From: Candidatus Omnitrophota bacterium
GTDB taxonomy: Bacteria; Omnitrophota; Gorgyraeia; 2-01-FULL-45-10
DNA length: 64,000 nucleotides
Reading direction: 5' to 3'
NCBI GenBank assembly: GCA_030695905.1
Contig: JAUYOL010000043.1
Coordinates: 128,998-192,997, forward strand
This document shows, piece by piece, positions 39,333-49,069 of the stretch; position 1 is the first letter of the stretch; the number at the start of each line of letters is the position of its first letter. The translations under genes and the position numbers were made by a program. Below the pieces are notes generated by a model, which saw nothing but the letters and a program-made list of their open reading frames with translations, had not been told where the DNA came from and ran no database searches.

Positions 39333-40439
39333 TCATACCACTTCCTTTATCCAGCCGCCACCGACAACTATCTCCTTGTCGTAGAAGACTACCGCCTGTC
39401 CGGGGGTAGGCGCTTCTTGAGGAGATTCAAAATCGACTCTAACCATATCTGTATCTACCGGAGTAACCAGCGCGTTTGCGGCCTTATGATTGTACCTTAT
39501 CTTAGCCTTGACCTTAATCGGTTTATCGATGCCATCTATAGCTATCCAGTTAAGGCTATGCGCTACCAGGCTCTTCTTTAACACATCTTTCTTGGTTCCC
39601 ACGATAACTTTATTATCGAGCCTGTCTATAGCAACAACGTATAGCGGCTCCTTATACGCTACGCCAAGCCCGCGGCGCTGGCCTATCGTATAAAATGGTA
39701 TACCCTTATGCCTGCCAAGCACTTTACCGGACAGATCAACGATGCTGCCCTCTTTGATCTCAACGCCGGTCTTCTTCTTTATATACTCCGCGTAATTTTG
39801 GTCCTGGATAAAACATATATCCTGGCTCGAAGCGGTATTAAAAGTTATCAATTTAAATTTTTTAGCGAGAATTCTCGTCTTCTCTTTCGTGTAACCGGCA
39901 AGCGGAAATATTGTATATTTAAGCTGGTTCTGTGACAGGCTGAACAAAAAATATGTCTGGTCTCTCTCGCCGCCTTTGCCTACTTTCAAAATAAATCTAC
40001 CTCTCTTTTTATTGTAATCCAGCCTGGCGTAATGTCCCGTAGCCACCAAATCAGCGTCCAGCGCAAGCGCCTTTTCATGCAAAAGCCCGAATTTTATCTT
40101 TTCATTGCATACAACACAAGGATTGGGAGTAAAACCTTTTAAATACTGGTCACAGAAATAATCTATCACCTTCTTCTTGAATTCTTCGCTAAAATCAAAT
40201 ACATAATAAGGTATGCCCAGATCTCCGGCAACAGCACGCGCTCTTGTAACAGCTTCGAGATTACAGCATGAGCGCCCTACGCTGGCGCCGCATTCTTCCT
40301 TTGGCCACATCCTGAAGGTTATGCCTATGACCTGATAACCTTCTTTCTTTAAAAGCGCCGCGGCAAGCGATGAGTCAACACCGCCGCTCATCGCGACAGC
40401 TATTCTCTTTCTTTCTTTTTTGAGTTTTTTTTGGTTCAC
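39333..40439 (-). CDS. mnmA: tRNA-specific 2-thiouridylase MnmA
   Basis: PP-loop AMSGGVDSS; 368 aa. Confidence 0.9.
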   Translation of the reverse strand: MNQKKLKKERKRIAVAMSGGVDSSLAAALLKKEGYQVIGITFRMWPKEECGASVGRSCCNLEAVTRARAVAGDLGIPYYVFDFSEEFKKKVIDYFCDQYLKGFTPNPCVVCNEKIKFGLLHEKALALDADLVATGHYARLDYNKKRGRFILKVGKGGERDQTYFLFSLSQNQLKYTIFPLAGYTKEKTRILAKKFKLITFNTASSQDICFIQDQNYAEYIKKKTGVEIKEGSIVDLSGKVLGRHKGIPFYTIGQRRGLGVAYKEPLYVVAIDRLDNKVIVGTKKDVLKKSLVAHSLNWIAIDGIDKPIKVKAKIRYNHKAANALVTPVDTDMVRVDFESPQEAPTPGQAVVFYDKEIVVGGGWIKEVV

Positions 40440-41530
40440 TTTATATGCTCGAGGACATTATCGATATCAACATGTTTTTCTACCATGTCGATTATTATCT
40501 TTATTTTATGAGAATCCTGTGGCTTTAATTTAACTATCATATTATTAACTCTCGAGGCTATAGTGTATGTCTCCTCGTCTGTAACCAGTGTGGGTATGAG
40601 TGCCTGTTCAAGTAAATTTAGCGCTCTTTTCTTAGGCAATAGGCCGCCGCTTAAAATAACGCCCGATATAGAGCACCCTTTCTTAAGCTTGCCCCAATGC
40701 ACATCGCATGTGGCCGCGACCATATCGTCCCTGTCGCCGGGTATTATCATTAGGGAATTATTCTGAATATACGGCAAGGCGTCACGGACATGCATGGCGC
40801 CGATGAGGATCTTTTCCGCCGGAGCATCTAAATTATGCCCTTCATACAAAGGCTTAAGTTTAAGCTCTTCCATTATCTCCCGCATCGTCGGTATATCTAA
40901 TATAATATGATGAGGTAATACACCGCACACATTAAGGCCCTTTTGCACCATACCTTTCGTAACAAGGCGCGATATCCTGTCATATTTTTCCATCAGGACC
41001 TTATTGACTATAACGCCGGCAAGTTTAACTTTTTCCTTGTCGAGCAGGGCCTTATTAAGCATTATCTCGTCTATCGGTTTTCCTACACCTCCGGATGAAA
41101 TCATTATCACATTAGCGTTGAGCAGATGAGCTACCGTAGCGTTTGAAAGTCCGAAGACAGACCCGACTCCGGCGTGGCCCGTTCCCTCTATTATCACAAG
41201 GTCGTTATCTTTCGCTACCCTGTCATAAGACTCTTTAATGAGTTTGGCATAGTCCTCGGCCGCGCCTTTCTCTATATAGCGCTCGGTAAATCCGCGCTCT
41301 ATTGCCACGGGAGACATGTCCTTTATGCTACATTTTATTCCGAAGATATGCTCTATGAGGACCGAGTCTTCATCTACCTGATAACCCTGTTCCATAAGGT
41401 AGCGCTGGCCTATTGGCTTGATAAAACCTATGCGAGGGAATTCCTTCTTGAGGGCCGCTATGAGGCCCAAGGATACGGTCGTCTTGCCGTCATTCTGCTG
41501 CGTCGCCGCTACAAATATCTTCTTCGCCAT
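40436..41530 (-). CDS. P-loop NTPase (BioD/CobQ-like) plus DRTGG domain protein (Pta N-terminal-domain-like)
   Basis: N-terminus ATQQNDGKTTVSLGL with a DRTGG-type C-terminal region. No phosphotransacetylase catalytic domain. Confidence 0.6.
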   Translation of the reverse strand: MAKKIFVAATQQNDGKTTVSLGLIAALKKEFPRIGFIKPIGQRYLMEQGYQVDEDSVLIEHIFGIKCSIKDMSPVAIERGFTERYIEKGAAEDYAKLIKESYDRVAKDNDLVIIEGTGHAGVGSVFGLSNATVAHLLNANVIMISSGGVGKPIDEIMLNKALLDKEKVKLAGVIVNKVLMEKYDRISRLVTKGMVQKGLNVCGVLPHHIILDIPTMREIMEELKLKPLYEGHNLDAPAEKILIGAMHVRDALPYIQNNSLMIIPGDRDDMVAATCDVHWGKLKKGCSISGVILSGGLLPKKRALNLLEQALIPTLVTDEETYTIASRVNNMIVKLKPQDSHKIKIIIDMVEKHVDIDNVLEHIK

Positions 41531-41940
41531 AAAATTTACCCACCATGCTGGCCGTAAGGCCAGGGGGCCTCGCCTAATTTTGCTATCAAGCTACTTAATG
41601 TTATCTTAATTATATATTTCAAATTGTATCTTATGGCTTAGCCTATAAATACGTTGGGGAATAATAAACCGTTAGCAAAATTTACGGCTCAACCCCCATG
41701 GCCTCACGGCCTACAACATGATATAAATTTTATAGCTCATGTTGCAGGCGGGCCTCGCTGGCCCAGCCTGACGCTGCTGTCAAAAATTATGACACCTTAT
41801 AGCGATTTAGCAAAAAATTTAAATTCCTGAAAGAAGTTAAATTTTTGTCAGAATTTTTCCAGAATAAATTGGTATGCTTAATACCAATTTATGTCAGCGG
41901 AAGGCGGTCAGCGAGGCCCGCCGTCCTCTGAAAAAAAGCT

Positions 41941-42201
41941 TTACTCCCCGAACCTACGATACCATAGCACTACTGCTGTAACCGCTGTGAAGAGGATCAG
42001 ATTGACGATGTTAAACGCGCGCCAGACGATATCGGGAGAGTGTAACGCCTCGGGCGCCATCAAAACAAAGCATGTCCACACTCCGACCGCCCACGGGATA
42101 CTAAGATCTTTTGAAGACCTTCTTTTTATGACTCTCACTATCAGGGGAATATTCCACAGGGGTAATACTATAGCCGCTATCAGCGCGATAGTCTTTGTCA
42201 T
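41941..42201 (-). CDS. SemiSWEET-like PQ-loop small transporter (86 aa, 3 TM)
   Basis: PLIVRVIKRRSSKDLS matches the PQ-loop motif (PQfiKvlKtRSardiS) of bacterial SemiSWEETs, with the same length and TM topology. It abuts the acsE stop. Confidence 0.55.
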   Translation of the reverse strand: MTKTIALIAAIVLPLWNIPLIVRVIKRRSSKDLSIPWAVGVWTCFVLMAPEALHSPDIVWRAFNIVNLILFTAVTAVVLWYRRFGE

Positions 42202-42202
42202 T

Positions 42203-43000
42203 TTATATCAGCCTCCCTTCGCGGAACGCTTTTATGTATTCGGCGCAGTATTCATCCTCACAAAGTAATGCCTTTGAAACAACTATGGAAGACATGATAT
42301 ATTTTTCCGTAGGGTCAAGTATGGCCGCGTCCAATCCCGCCTGCATAGCCATGGATAAAAATACTGAATTGATCAATTTTCTGTTCGGCAGTCCGAACGA
42401 TACGTTCGACAATCCGCATACGGTTTTCGCTCCGAGAGATTTTATCATCGGTATCGACCTCAAGAATTCTTTCACTTGTTCAGGCTCTGTCGATATGGGG
42501 CGGATCAACGGATCGAAATAAATATTTTCCGGCTTAAAACCTTTTGCGCAGACCTTCACCAGCATATCTTTGGCAATATTAAACCTGTCCTCTGCGCTAT
42601 GTGGCATACCCTCTCCGCCCATAGTAAGGGCTATGAGCTTCGTATTATATTTAACCGCCAGCGGAACTATATGCTCCATCCTTGAGTCCTCGCCTGTAAT
42701 TGAATTAATAAATGTTTCGCCGCCTGCTTTATATATTTTGAGAGCGCTTTCAATGGCGATGTGGCTGGGACTATCGATACAGATATTGACATCTTTTATT
42801 TCGCTCTGGATTACGCTTATCATCCAATCGATATCCTGGATCTCGTCTCCGAGGCTCATCGCGCAATTGATATCCAAAAATTTTGCGCCTGCTTCGATCT
42901 GCTTCTTCGCTTCTTTTAATATGAAAGCTGCATCCTTATTCTTCATCGCTTCCTGAATATGCGCTCTCGTAGAATTTATACGCTCACCGATTATCAACAT
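42203..43000 (-). CDS. acsE: Methyltetrahydrofolate:corrinoid/iron-sulfur protein methyltransferase AcsE (pterin-binding)
   Basis: 265-aa pterin-binding barrel (IIGERIN...DINCA...GLSNVSFG), in the acs cluster. Confidence 0.8.
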   Translation of the reverse strand: MLIIGERINSTRAHIQEAMKNKDAAFILKEAKKQIEAGAKFLDINCAMSLGDEIQDIDWMISVIQSEIKDVNICIDSPSHIAIESALKIYKAGGETFINSITGEDSRMEHIVPLAVKYNTKLIALTMGGEGMPHSAEDRFNIAKDMLVKVCAKGFKPENIYFDPLIRPISTEPEQVKEFLRSIPMIKSLGAKTVCGLSNVSFGLPNRKLINSVFLSMAMQAGLDAAILDPTEKYIMSSIVVSKALLCEDEYCAEYIKAFREGRLI

Positions 43001-43014
43001 TCTATTACTACCTC

Positions 43015-43941
43015 CTAAACTATACCGTAAGCCGCTTCTATCGTTTTAATAAGCGCGGTCAACACTTCATTAACAGGCGTCGGTATGCCTAATGCCTTCC
43101 CCTGCCGCATGATCGCGCCATTTATAAAATCTATTTCGGTGCGTTTATTATTAAGGACATCCTGCAGCATGCTTGAGACATTAGCGGCCGTCGCCTTGCA
43201 TACCGATTCGACCTTCTGGATAGGATCGTCGTAGGCCAGCTTTATCCTTTTTCTTTTTACTATCTTCACGGCTTCCTGCACGGCGCTTCTTAGAATTTCC
43301 CTTGTACCGCTGTGCTCTGTAAGCATCCCATTTTTTAGACGTGTTATGCCTGTCAGGGCATTTATTCCCACATTTATAACGAGCTTACTCCACACCACAG
43401 AATCTATGTCCTTAGATACTTTTGTCTCCAGGCCGGCTTTTGACAAGATACCCGCGATCTCTTTAATCGGCCCCAATACCTTACCGTTAGAAATCCCTAT
43501 AATGGTATCGCCCTTACCCGCATGCCGGACATGGCCGGTGCCAAGTAAAGTCACACCGTGATTTGTAATACCGGCAATAACTCTATCCGAACCAAAATAA
43601 TCGTTTAACACCTGGACATTACCAATGCCGTTTTGTAAAGTCAGGACAAATGTTTCTTTCGAGACAAGATCCTTAATGTCTTTGCACGCGTCCTCGGTAG
43701 AATAACTCTTAACGCAGAGTATAACGAGGCCGCACGGTCCGACCTCTTTAGGATCCGCCGAAATATTTACCTGCGCCTGAATGGAACCGCTCAAGCCTTC
43801 TATCTTTATCCCATCGGCTCTTATGCGCTTGGCGCGCTCGGGAGATCTGTCAATAAGCCATATCTCCTCCTTGGTCCTTGCCTTCAATAATACGGCTATA
43901 AGACAGCCGAGGGCTCCGGGGCCTACGACCGCTACCTTCAT
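43015..43941 (-). CDS. panE: 2-dehydropantoate 2-reductase (PanE/ApbA family)
   Basis: N-terminal Rossmann VAVVGPGALG and the ApbA C-terminal domain (EIDFINGAI). Confidence 0.75.
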   Translation of the reverse strand: MKVAVVGPGALGCLIAVLLKARTKEEIWLIDRSPERAKRIRADGIKIEGLSGSIQAQVNISADPKEVGPCGLVILCVKSYSTEDACKDIKDLVSKETFVLTLQNGIGNVQVLNDYFGSDRVIAGITNHGVTLLGTGHVRHAGKGDTIIGISNGKVLGPIKEIAGILSKAGLETKVSKDIDSVVWSKLVINVGINALTGITRLKNGMLTEHSGTREILRSAVQEAVKIVKRKRIKLAYDDPIQKVESVCKATAANVSSMLQDVLNNKRTEIDFINGAIMRQGKALGIPTPVNEVLTALIKTIEAAYGIV

Positions 43942-44813
43942 TATTTCTTCCTCATCTTTCTTATCTCTTCGTCTTTTATCGTAAAACAGTGCGCGGCATC
44001 CGGAAACAGCCCTTTCTCGACCTCGTCTTTATATTTCTTTACGCCGTCCGTTATAAGCGAGGAGAGCTTCACATATTGCTTTACAAATTTTGGGACAAAT
44101 CTGTCGAATAGCCCGACCATATCATAAGTTACAAGCACCTGGCCGTCACAATGCGGGCCGGCACCGCAACTTATCGTCGGTATCGACACTTTGCTTGTAA
44201 TCAATTTAGCTACTTTATCGGGGATGCATTCGAGTACTACGCCGAAGCATCCGGCACGTTCCAATTTTATCGCCTGCTCCAATATTTTATACGCGCCGTC
44301 AGCGTCTTTACCCTGAACTTTAAAACCGCCCAACTTCGACGCGGTCTGAGGGGTAAGCCCAAGATGGCCCAATACGGGAATGCCAGCGCTGACTATCGCC
44401 ATCGTTACATCCAGCGCGTCATTTCCGCCTTCGAGCTTCACGGCGTCGCAACCGGCCTCCTTCATGAAACGGCCCGCGTTGCGCACCGCTTCTTCATTCG
44501 AGATCTGGTACGACATAAACGGCATATCGCCTATTAAAAACGCGTATTTCGTGCCGCGCCTCACCGCTTTCGCGTGATGTATCATCTCATCCATGGTTAC
44601 AGGCACAGTTGATTCGTATCCGAGCACCACCATGCCCAACGAATCGCCGACCAGTATTGAATCTATGCCCGCGTCATCAATTATCCTCGCCATAGGATAG
44701 TCATATGCCGTAAGCATAGTAATCTTTTTCCCTTCGTGCTTCTTATTCTGCAGATCTATTATCGTTACCTTTTTCCTATCCATATTCTCTCCTTTATTTC
44801 TTCCTATACGCAT
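43941..44813 (-). CDS. panB: 3-methyl-2-oxobutanoate hydroxymethyltransferase (ketopantoate hydroxymethyltransferase)
   Basis: ITMLTAYDYP...ILVGDSLGMV canonical PanB motifs. Confidence 0.9.
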   Translation of the reverse strand: MRIGRNKGENMDRKKVTIIDLQNKKHEGKKITMLTAYDYPMARIIDDAGIDSILVGDSLGMVVLGYESTVPVTMDEMIHHAKAVRRGTKYAFLIGDMPFMSYQISNEEAVRNAGRFMKEAGCDAVKLEGGNDALDVTMAIVSAGIPVLGHLGLTPQTASKLGGFKVQGKDADGAYKILEQAIKLERAGCFGVVLECIPDKVAKLITSKVSIPTISCGAGPHCDGQVLVTYDMVGLFDRFVPKFVKQYVKLSSLITDGVKKYKDEVEKGLFPDAAHCFTIKDEEIRKMRKK

Positions 44814-45582
44814 CCAAGAACGAGTCGCAGTAAATATTTTTATTCAATACAAGTTCCGCTGTGATCACGGCGTCCATAAGATCCTTGTCGAGCGGATCCA
44901 ATATCGCCGAAGTCAGGCCATTCGCTATAGCCATCGTGACAAATGTCCGGTTTATCAGGGGCCTGAATTTTGTGCCTTGTGACACGTTAGATAAGCCCAC
45001 TGTCGTCTGCGGCGCGGGATCGCATAGCATCCTGAATTCACGAAGCGACTCGAGAACCTCCCTGCCTTGAGTCTGCGCGACATTTACCGGCAGTACTATG
45101 GGGTCGATATATAGATCCTCGGTATTGATGCCATATTCTATGGCCTTCGCCACTATCGTCGCAGCTAACTCCAGCCTCTTGTCCTTTGAATTCGGCACTC
45201 CGGACTTATCCATGGCAAGCCCTATCACCTGCGCATTATACCTCTTTGCAAGGTCAAAGATCTTCGCCATCTTATCTTCATCCGCGCTTGTAGAATTTAT
45301 AATGGCTCTCTTCTTTACCAGCTTCAAGCCCTCTTCTATAACATCCGCTTTCGTCGAGTCAAGCGCGAGCGACACATCGGTAACAGCCTGGATGGATTCG
45401 ACCAGCCACTTCATATCATCTTTAGGATTTTTTGAATAAGGCCCTGCATTGACATCTAAAACGGACGCGCCCGAATTGACCTGGTCGACAGCCAGATGCT
45501 GTATTATATCCGCCTCCTTATTTACGATAGCCTTGCCGACATCCTTATACATTCCATTTATCAACTCGCCTATTATTATCAC
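44794..45582 (-). CDS. Second methyl-THF:corrinoid methyltransferase paralog (AcsE/MtrH-like pterin-binding protein)
   Basis: 262 aa (IIGELIN...DVNAG...GLSNVSQG); paralogous to the acsE at 42203-43000. Confidence 0.75.
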   Translation of the reverse strand: MIIIGELINGMYKDVGKAIVNKEADIIQHLAVDQVNSGASVLDVNAGPYSKNPKDDMKWLVESIQAVTDVSLALDSTKADVIEEGLKLVKKRAIINSTSADEDKMAKIFDLAKRYNAQVIGLAMDKSGVPNSKDKRLELAATIVAKAIEYGINTEDLYIDPIVLPVNVAQTQGREVLESLREFRMLCDPAPQTTVGLSNVSQGTKFRPLINRTFVTMAIANGLTSAILDPLDKDLMDAVITAELVLNKNIYCDSFLDAYRKK

Positions 45583-45595
45583 TTTTTCTTCCCCC

Positions 45596-46516
45596 TTATC
45601 TCTTCATCATGGTTTCAACATATCCGGTAATTTCTCTGGAGCTATCGGGATGCCTGACTACTAAAATGTCGGCTCCTGCCTGCAGCATCGATATCGACGT
45701 TGCTATCTCCCAATTTACGCCCTGCACCATCGAATCCTTCGCTTCCTTGACCTTCCAAACCTCCTGACCCGCAAATAAGATAAACGGCATCGAGAGCATC
45801 TTGTCGCCTATAAACGCGGCGAGCCGGGCCCGCTCCATTATCGAATAAACGTATTCCATGCCATAACCTAAAGATGTAGTAGTTGGATGCATCACTATCT
45901 TTTTAGGGTCGAAGCCCATATCGCTTACCAGTATATTTACCTGCTTCGCGATATTAATATCTATTGGCGATTCCGCTATAAGAGAGTGTCCGTCGGCAAG
46001 ACAGGTCGCGGTAAGCGTCTTGTAATTTTCCTGGCTGGCGACTCCGAAAAGGCTGTTCGTCCCTTTAAGCGCATTACTCGCTTTAGGCAGAAGGTCATTA
46101 TCTTTATCATCGTCCCCAGACCCCACTACTATTAACGGCACTTTTACCTCTTTGGCGATCTGTTTTAAAATAGAGACCGAATGATCCGAGCTTTTATTGC
46201 CCCAATCAGGGTGAACACTCTGCAGCCTCACACACAATAACTTCGCACCGAACTTTTCCACCGCGGTCTTCGCCCATCTTACAGGGTCTTTTATATCCGC
46301 GCCGAAAGCGTCTTTAAGAGGCTGCGGCCATTCCACCGGTTCGCAATCCATCACTTCGATAGCCGTTATGGGCGCGTTGGGCATCTGGCCTTCTTCAAAT
46401 AAGAAAGGAAGCATCGTCTCACCGCCGATTTTTACCGTCGAACCGGATTGCGGGCCACCTATCTCAACAATATTTATCGCGTTATTATACTTTTCTTTTA
46501 CTAATTCCACGGCCAT
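45596..46516 (-). CDS. acsD: Corrinoid iron-sulfur protein small subunit AcsD (CdhD homolog)
   Basis: 306-aa TIM barrel of the CFeSP delta subunit, adjacent to acsC and acsE. Confidence 0.8.
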   Translation of the reverse strand: MAVELVKEKYNNAINIVEIGGPQSGSTVKIGGETMLPFLFEEGQMPNAPITAIEVMDCEPVEWPQPLKDAFGADIKDPVRWAKTAVEKFGAKLLCVRLQSVHPDWGNKSSDHSVSILKQIAKEVKVPLIVVGSGDDDKDNDLLPKASNALKGTNSLFGVASQENYKTLTATCLADGHSLIAESPIDINIAKQVNILVSDMGFDPKKIVMHPTTTSLGYGMEYVYSIMERARLAAFIGDKMLSMPFILFAGQEVWKVKEAKDSMVQGVNWEIATSISMLQAGADILVVRHPDSSREITGYVETMMKR

Positions 46517-46517
46517 C

Positions 46518-47268
46518 TTATTTCTCCATTAATTTTGTGAATATCTCTTTTATCCTGTCCTTAATATCGGCATCTTCAAATTCAAATATCGGCTTATTCG
46601 ATATGCTCCACTTGTCGACATTCTCGTCAAAAGGTATCGTTCCGATAAAATTCGCGCCGACAGCGCGTATTTCGGCCTGAAGCGGCTCCAAAAATCCGGT
46701 TACCTTATTTATTATAAACGCGCTCGACCCCATCCTTATGCCAAGGTCTTTTGCAAGTTCGAATATCCTTTTTGCCGAGCGTATCCCTACTATGGAATAG
46801 TCGCTGACGAGCAAAAGCCTGTCGATAACTCGCATGGTGCGGCGCGATATATGCTCCATGCCGGCCGCATTATCGATAACTACAAAATCATAATTTTTTA
46901 TCACACGCGCCATCATGTCGCGCAAAAGGTTATTAACATAGCAGTAACATCCCGGGCCTTCAGGCCTACCCATGACCAATAGGTCAAACCCCTCTTCTTC
47001 GACTAAAGCTTCCTGCACTCTCATTTCTATAAAACGCTCTTTCGTCATACCGCCGGGAATGTTGCCCATCTGCTTAGAAACTTCATCACAAATTCCGGCT
47101 ATAGTCTGGTGGCCCGCGATACCTAAAGCTTCCGGTAAAGTTGAATTAGGATCGGCGTCGATAGCCAGTATCAAGCCTTTTTTATTGGATACGAGAAAAT
47201 CCACCAAGAGCGCCGCTACGGTGGTCTTACCAGTGCCGCCTTTTCCATTAACAGCTATAACTGTACCG
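46518..47268 (-). CDS. cooC: CODH/ACS nickel-insertion accessory ATPase CooC/AcsF. The P-loop is encoded upstream of the first ATG, so the start is non-canonical or unresolved
   Basis: The track ORF starts at MVDFLV, but the in-frame upstream sequence encodes IGTVIAVNGKGGTGKTTVAALL (Walker A). It is preceded by AGGGAGG, and the only candidate start is ATC/ATA. Confidence 0.7.
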
Positions 47269-49069
47269 ATGGGAACCTCCCTAAATCAGTGTGCGGAAAA
47301 AATAATGACGCCACATATTCATCCATATAGTTATTCTCCGCGCTCAAATCTATATATGTGATGTTCTTATATATATCGTCCGTCTTCTTAAAAGCGTCCG
47401 CAGACAATAGCGACATTCTCGCGCCGGCAAGCGATGAATTCCCTATAAATTCATACCTCGACCTCTGGGCGTCGGGCAGAAGACCTATAAAGATAGAGTT
47501 TTCTATATTCAGATAATTACCGAAGCCGCCGGCAATATATATCTTTTTTATGTCCTCTAATTTTTTATCGACCTTATTAAGCAGCGATATTATAGCGCTG
47601 TATATCGCGCCTTTCGAGCGCTTAAGATTTTCTATGTCATCGTCGCTAATGATAACTTTATCCGCGACGATAAATTCATAACCTGTATCTGTCTTCCTGA
47701 TCCTTTTGGATTTCAACTCACGGTTTATTTTTCCATTTTTTCCAATAACACCTCTTTTTAACATCTGGCACAATAGGTCTATATAGCCGGAGCCGCATAT
47801 CCCCTTCGGCTTTTCATCCGCTATTGTTAAAACTTTTACATTAAGGTCTTTATCTATCTCTACTTTCTGAATCGCGCCTTTTACCGCCTTCATGCCGCTC
47901 GTCAGCCCGCTTCCTTCAAAAGCAGGACCAGCGCTCGCCGCGGCACTTATCATCCATTCGGAATTACCAAGTACAATTTCGCCGTTAGTGCCTATATCTA
48001 CGAGCAATGATATCTCGCCGCTTTCCGACAGCCCGCATGCCAGCACACCCGAGACGATATCGCCTCCCACATATGTGGTTACGCCTGGTATAAAAGATAC
48101 TATGCCTTTAGGATTTGCATCTATCCCCACTTCGGGAGAGTGTACCGTCTCAAACACAGTTGTCGTAGGTATATAAGGCGCCTTCCTTATATTTGTCGGG
48201 TCAACTTTTAGCAAAAGATGCATCATCGTCATGTTGCCCGCGCATACTATAGCGTATATATCAGCCATGTTGACATTGTGCGCCTTCGTAAGGTCTTCTA
48301 TTATTTCATTGACATTATCAAGCACCGCCTCATTAAGCACCTTTAGGCCTTCCGGATTTGAGGCGTAAATTATCCTCGTAATAATATCGGCTCCGTAGCT
48401 CGCTTGCTTATTAAACGCTATTCTTGTGCCTAAAATATTTCCTGTATTAAGGTCTATCAGCTGGCCGACAACGGTAGTCGTTCCTATGTCAAACGCAAAC
48501 CCGAAATTTACCTTCTTCGTATCGCCGGGCTCTATCGAGATTATGTCTATAGCATCGTCTTTATGTCCGATACAGGCGGTAACCTTAAAATCGCTGTCCC
48601 GCAGGACTTCGCTCAAATGTTTTAGATTTGCGAGGTTCGTCGATATGTGGACATTGTGAAACTTGTGCTCTATGTCCCTACATACTCTGTCAAGATCGCT
48701 TAAATTGTCGTCCTGTGTAGGCGCGGAAAGTTCCAGATACTCTTTTTTGACAAGCGGTGAAAAGGCAAACGCCTTTTCTCTTTCAAGCACTACGCCTTTC
48801 GTGAATTCTTCCGATTCGTGCTTGAACTTAGCGTGGACTTCGAGCGACTCTTTAGGTATCTTTACTTCGAGGTCGCTTTCCACTATAGTCTGGCAGGCAA
48901 GGACCTCTTTTTTGCCTGTTACAACCTTACACTTGCCGCAGAGGCCTTCTCCGCCGCAGGATGCATGCATCGCTATGCCGGCTTTTATGGCGGCGGTAAG
49001 CAGATCCGTACCTTGCGGAACTTTTATCGTTTTCTTCAGCGATGTAAAATTTACTGTGAACTCTTTCAT
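47255..49069 (-). CDS. Reductive activator of corrinoid Fe-S protein (RACo; 2Fe-2S ferredoxin plus ASKHA ATPase)
   Basis: N-terminal 2Fe-2S ferredoxin (CGGEGLCGKC...C) followed by an ASKHA/acetate-kinase-like ATPase domain (DIGTTT, DIGTNGE). 604 aa, in the acs cluster. Confidence 0.8.
   Translation of the reverse strand: MKEFTVNFTSLKKTIKVPQGTDLLTAAIKAGIAMHASCGGEGLCGKCKVVTGKKEVLACQTIVESDLEVKIPKESLEVHAKFKHESEEFTKGVVLEREKAFAFSPLVKKEYLELSAPTQDDNLSDLDRVCRDIEHKFHNVHISTNLANLKHLSEVLRDSDFKVTACIGHKDDAIDIISIEPGDTKKVNFGFAFDIGTTTVVGQLIDLNTGNILGTRIAFNKQASYGADIITRIIYASNPEGLKVLNEAVLDNVNEIIEDLTKAHNVNMADIYAIVCAGNMTMMHLLLKVDPTNIRKAPYIPTTTVFETVHSPEVGIDANPKGIVSFIPGVTTYVGGDIVSGVLACGLSESGEISLLVDIGTNGEIVLGNSEWMISAAASAGPAFEGSGLTSGMKAVKGAIQKVEIDKDLNVKVLTIADEKPKGICGSGYIDLLCQMLKRGVIGKNGKINRELKSKRIRKTDTGYEFIVADKVIISDDDIENLKRSKGAIYSAIISLLNKVDKKLEDIKKIYIAGGFGNYLNIENSIFIGLLPDAQRSRYEFIGNSSLAGARMSLLSADAFKKTDDIYKNITYIDLSAENNYMDEYVASLFFPHTDLGRFPSVQL

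Noticed and set aside
40436-41530. Calling the DRTGG protein a phosphotransacetylase
   Set aside because: Only the Pta N-terminal-type P-loop/DRTGG region is present. The phosphate acetyl/butyryltransferase catalytic domain is absent, so it is kept as a DRTGG domain protein.
41891-42268. Plus-strand 125-aa ORF
   Set aside because: It is antisense to the SemiSWEET-like gene and extends into the structured intergenic spacer. It is most parsimoniously a shadow ORF.
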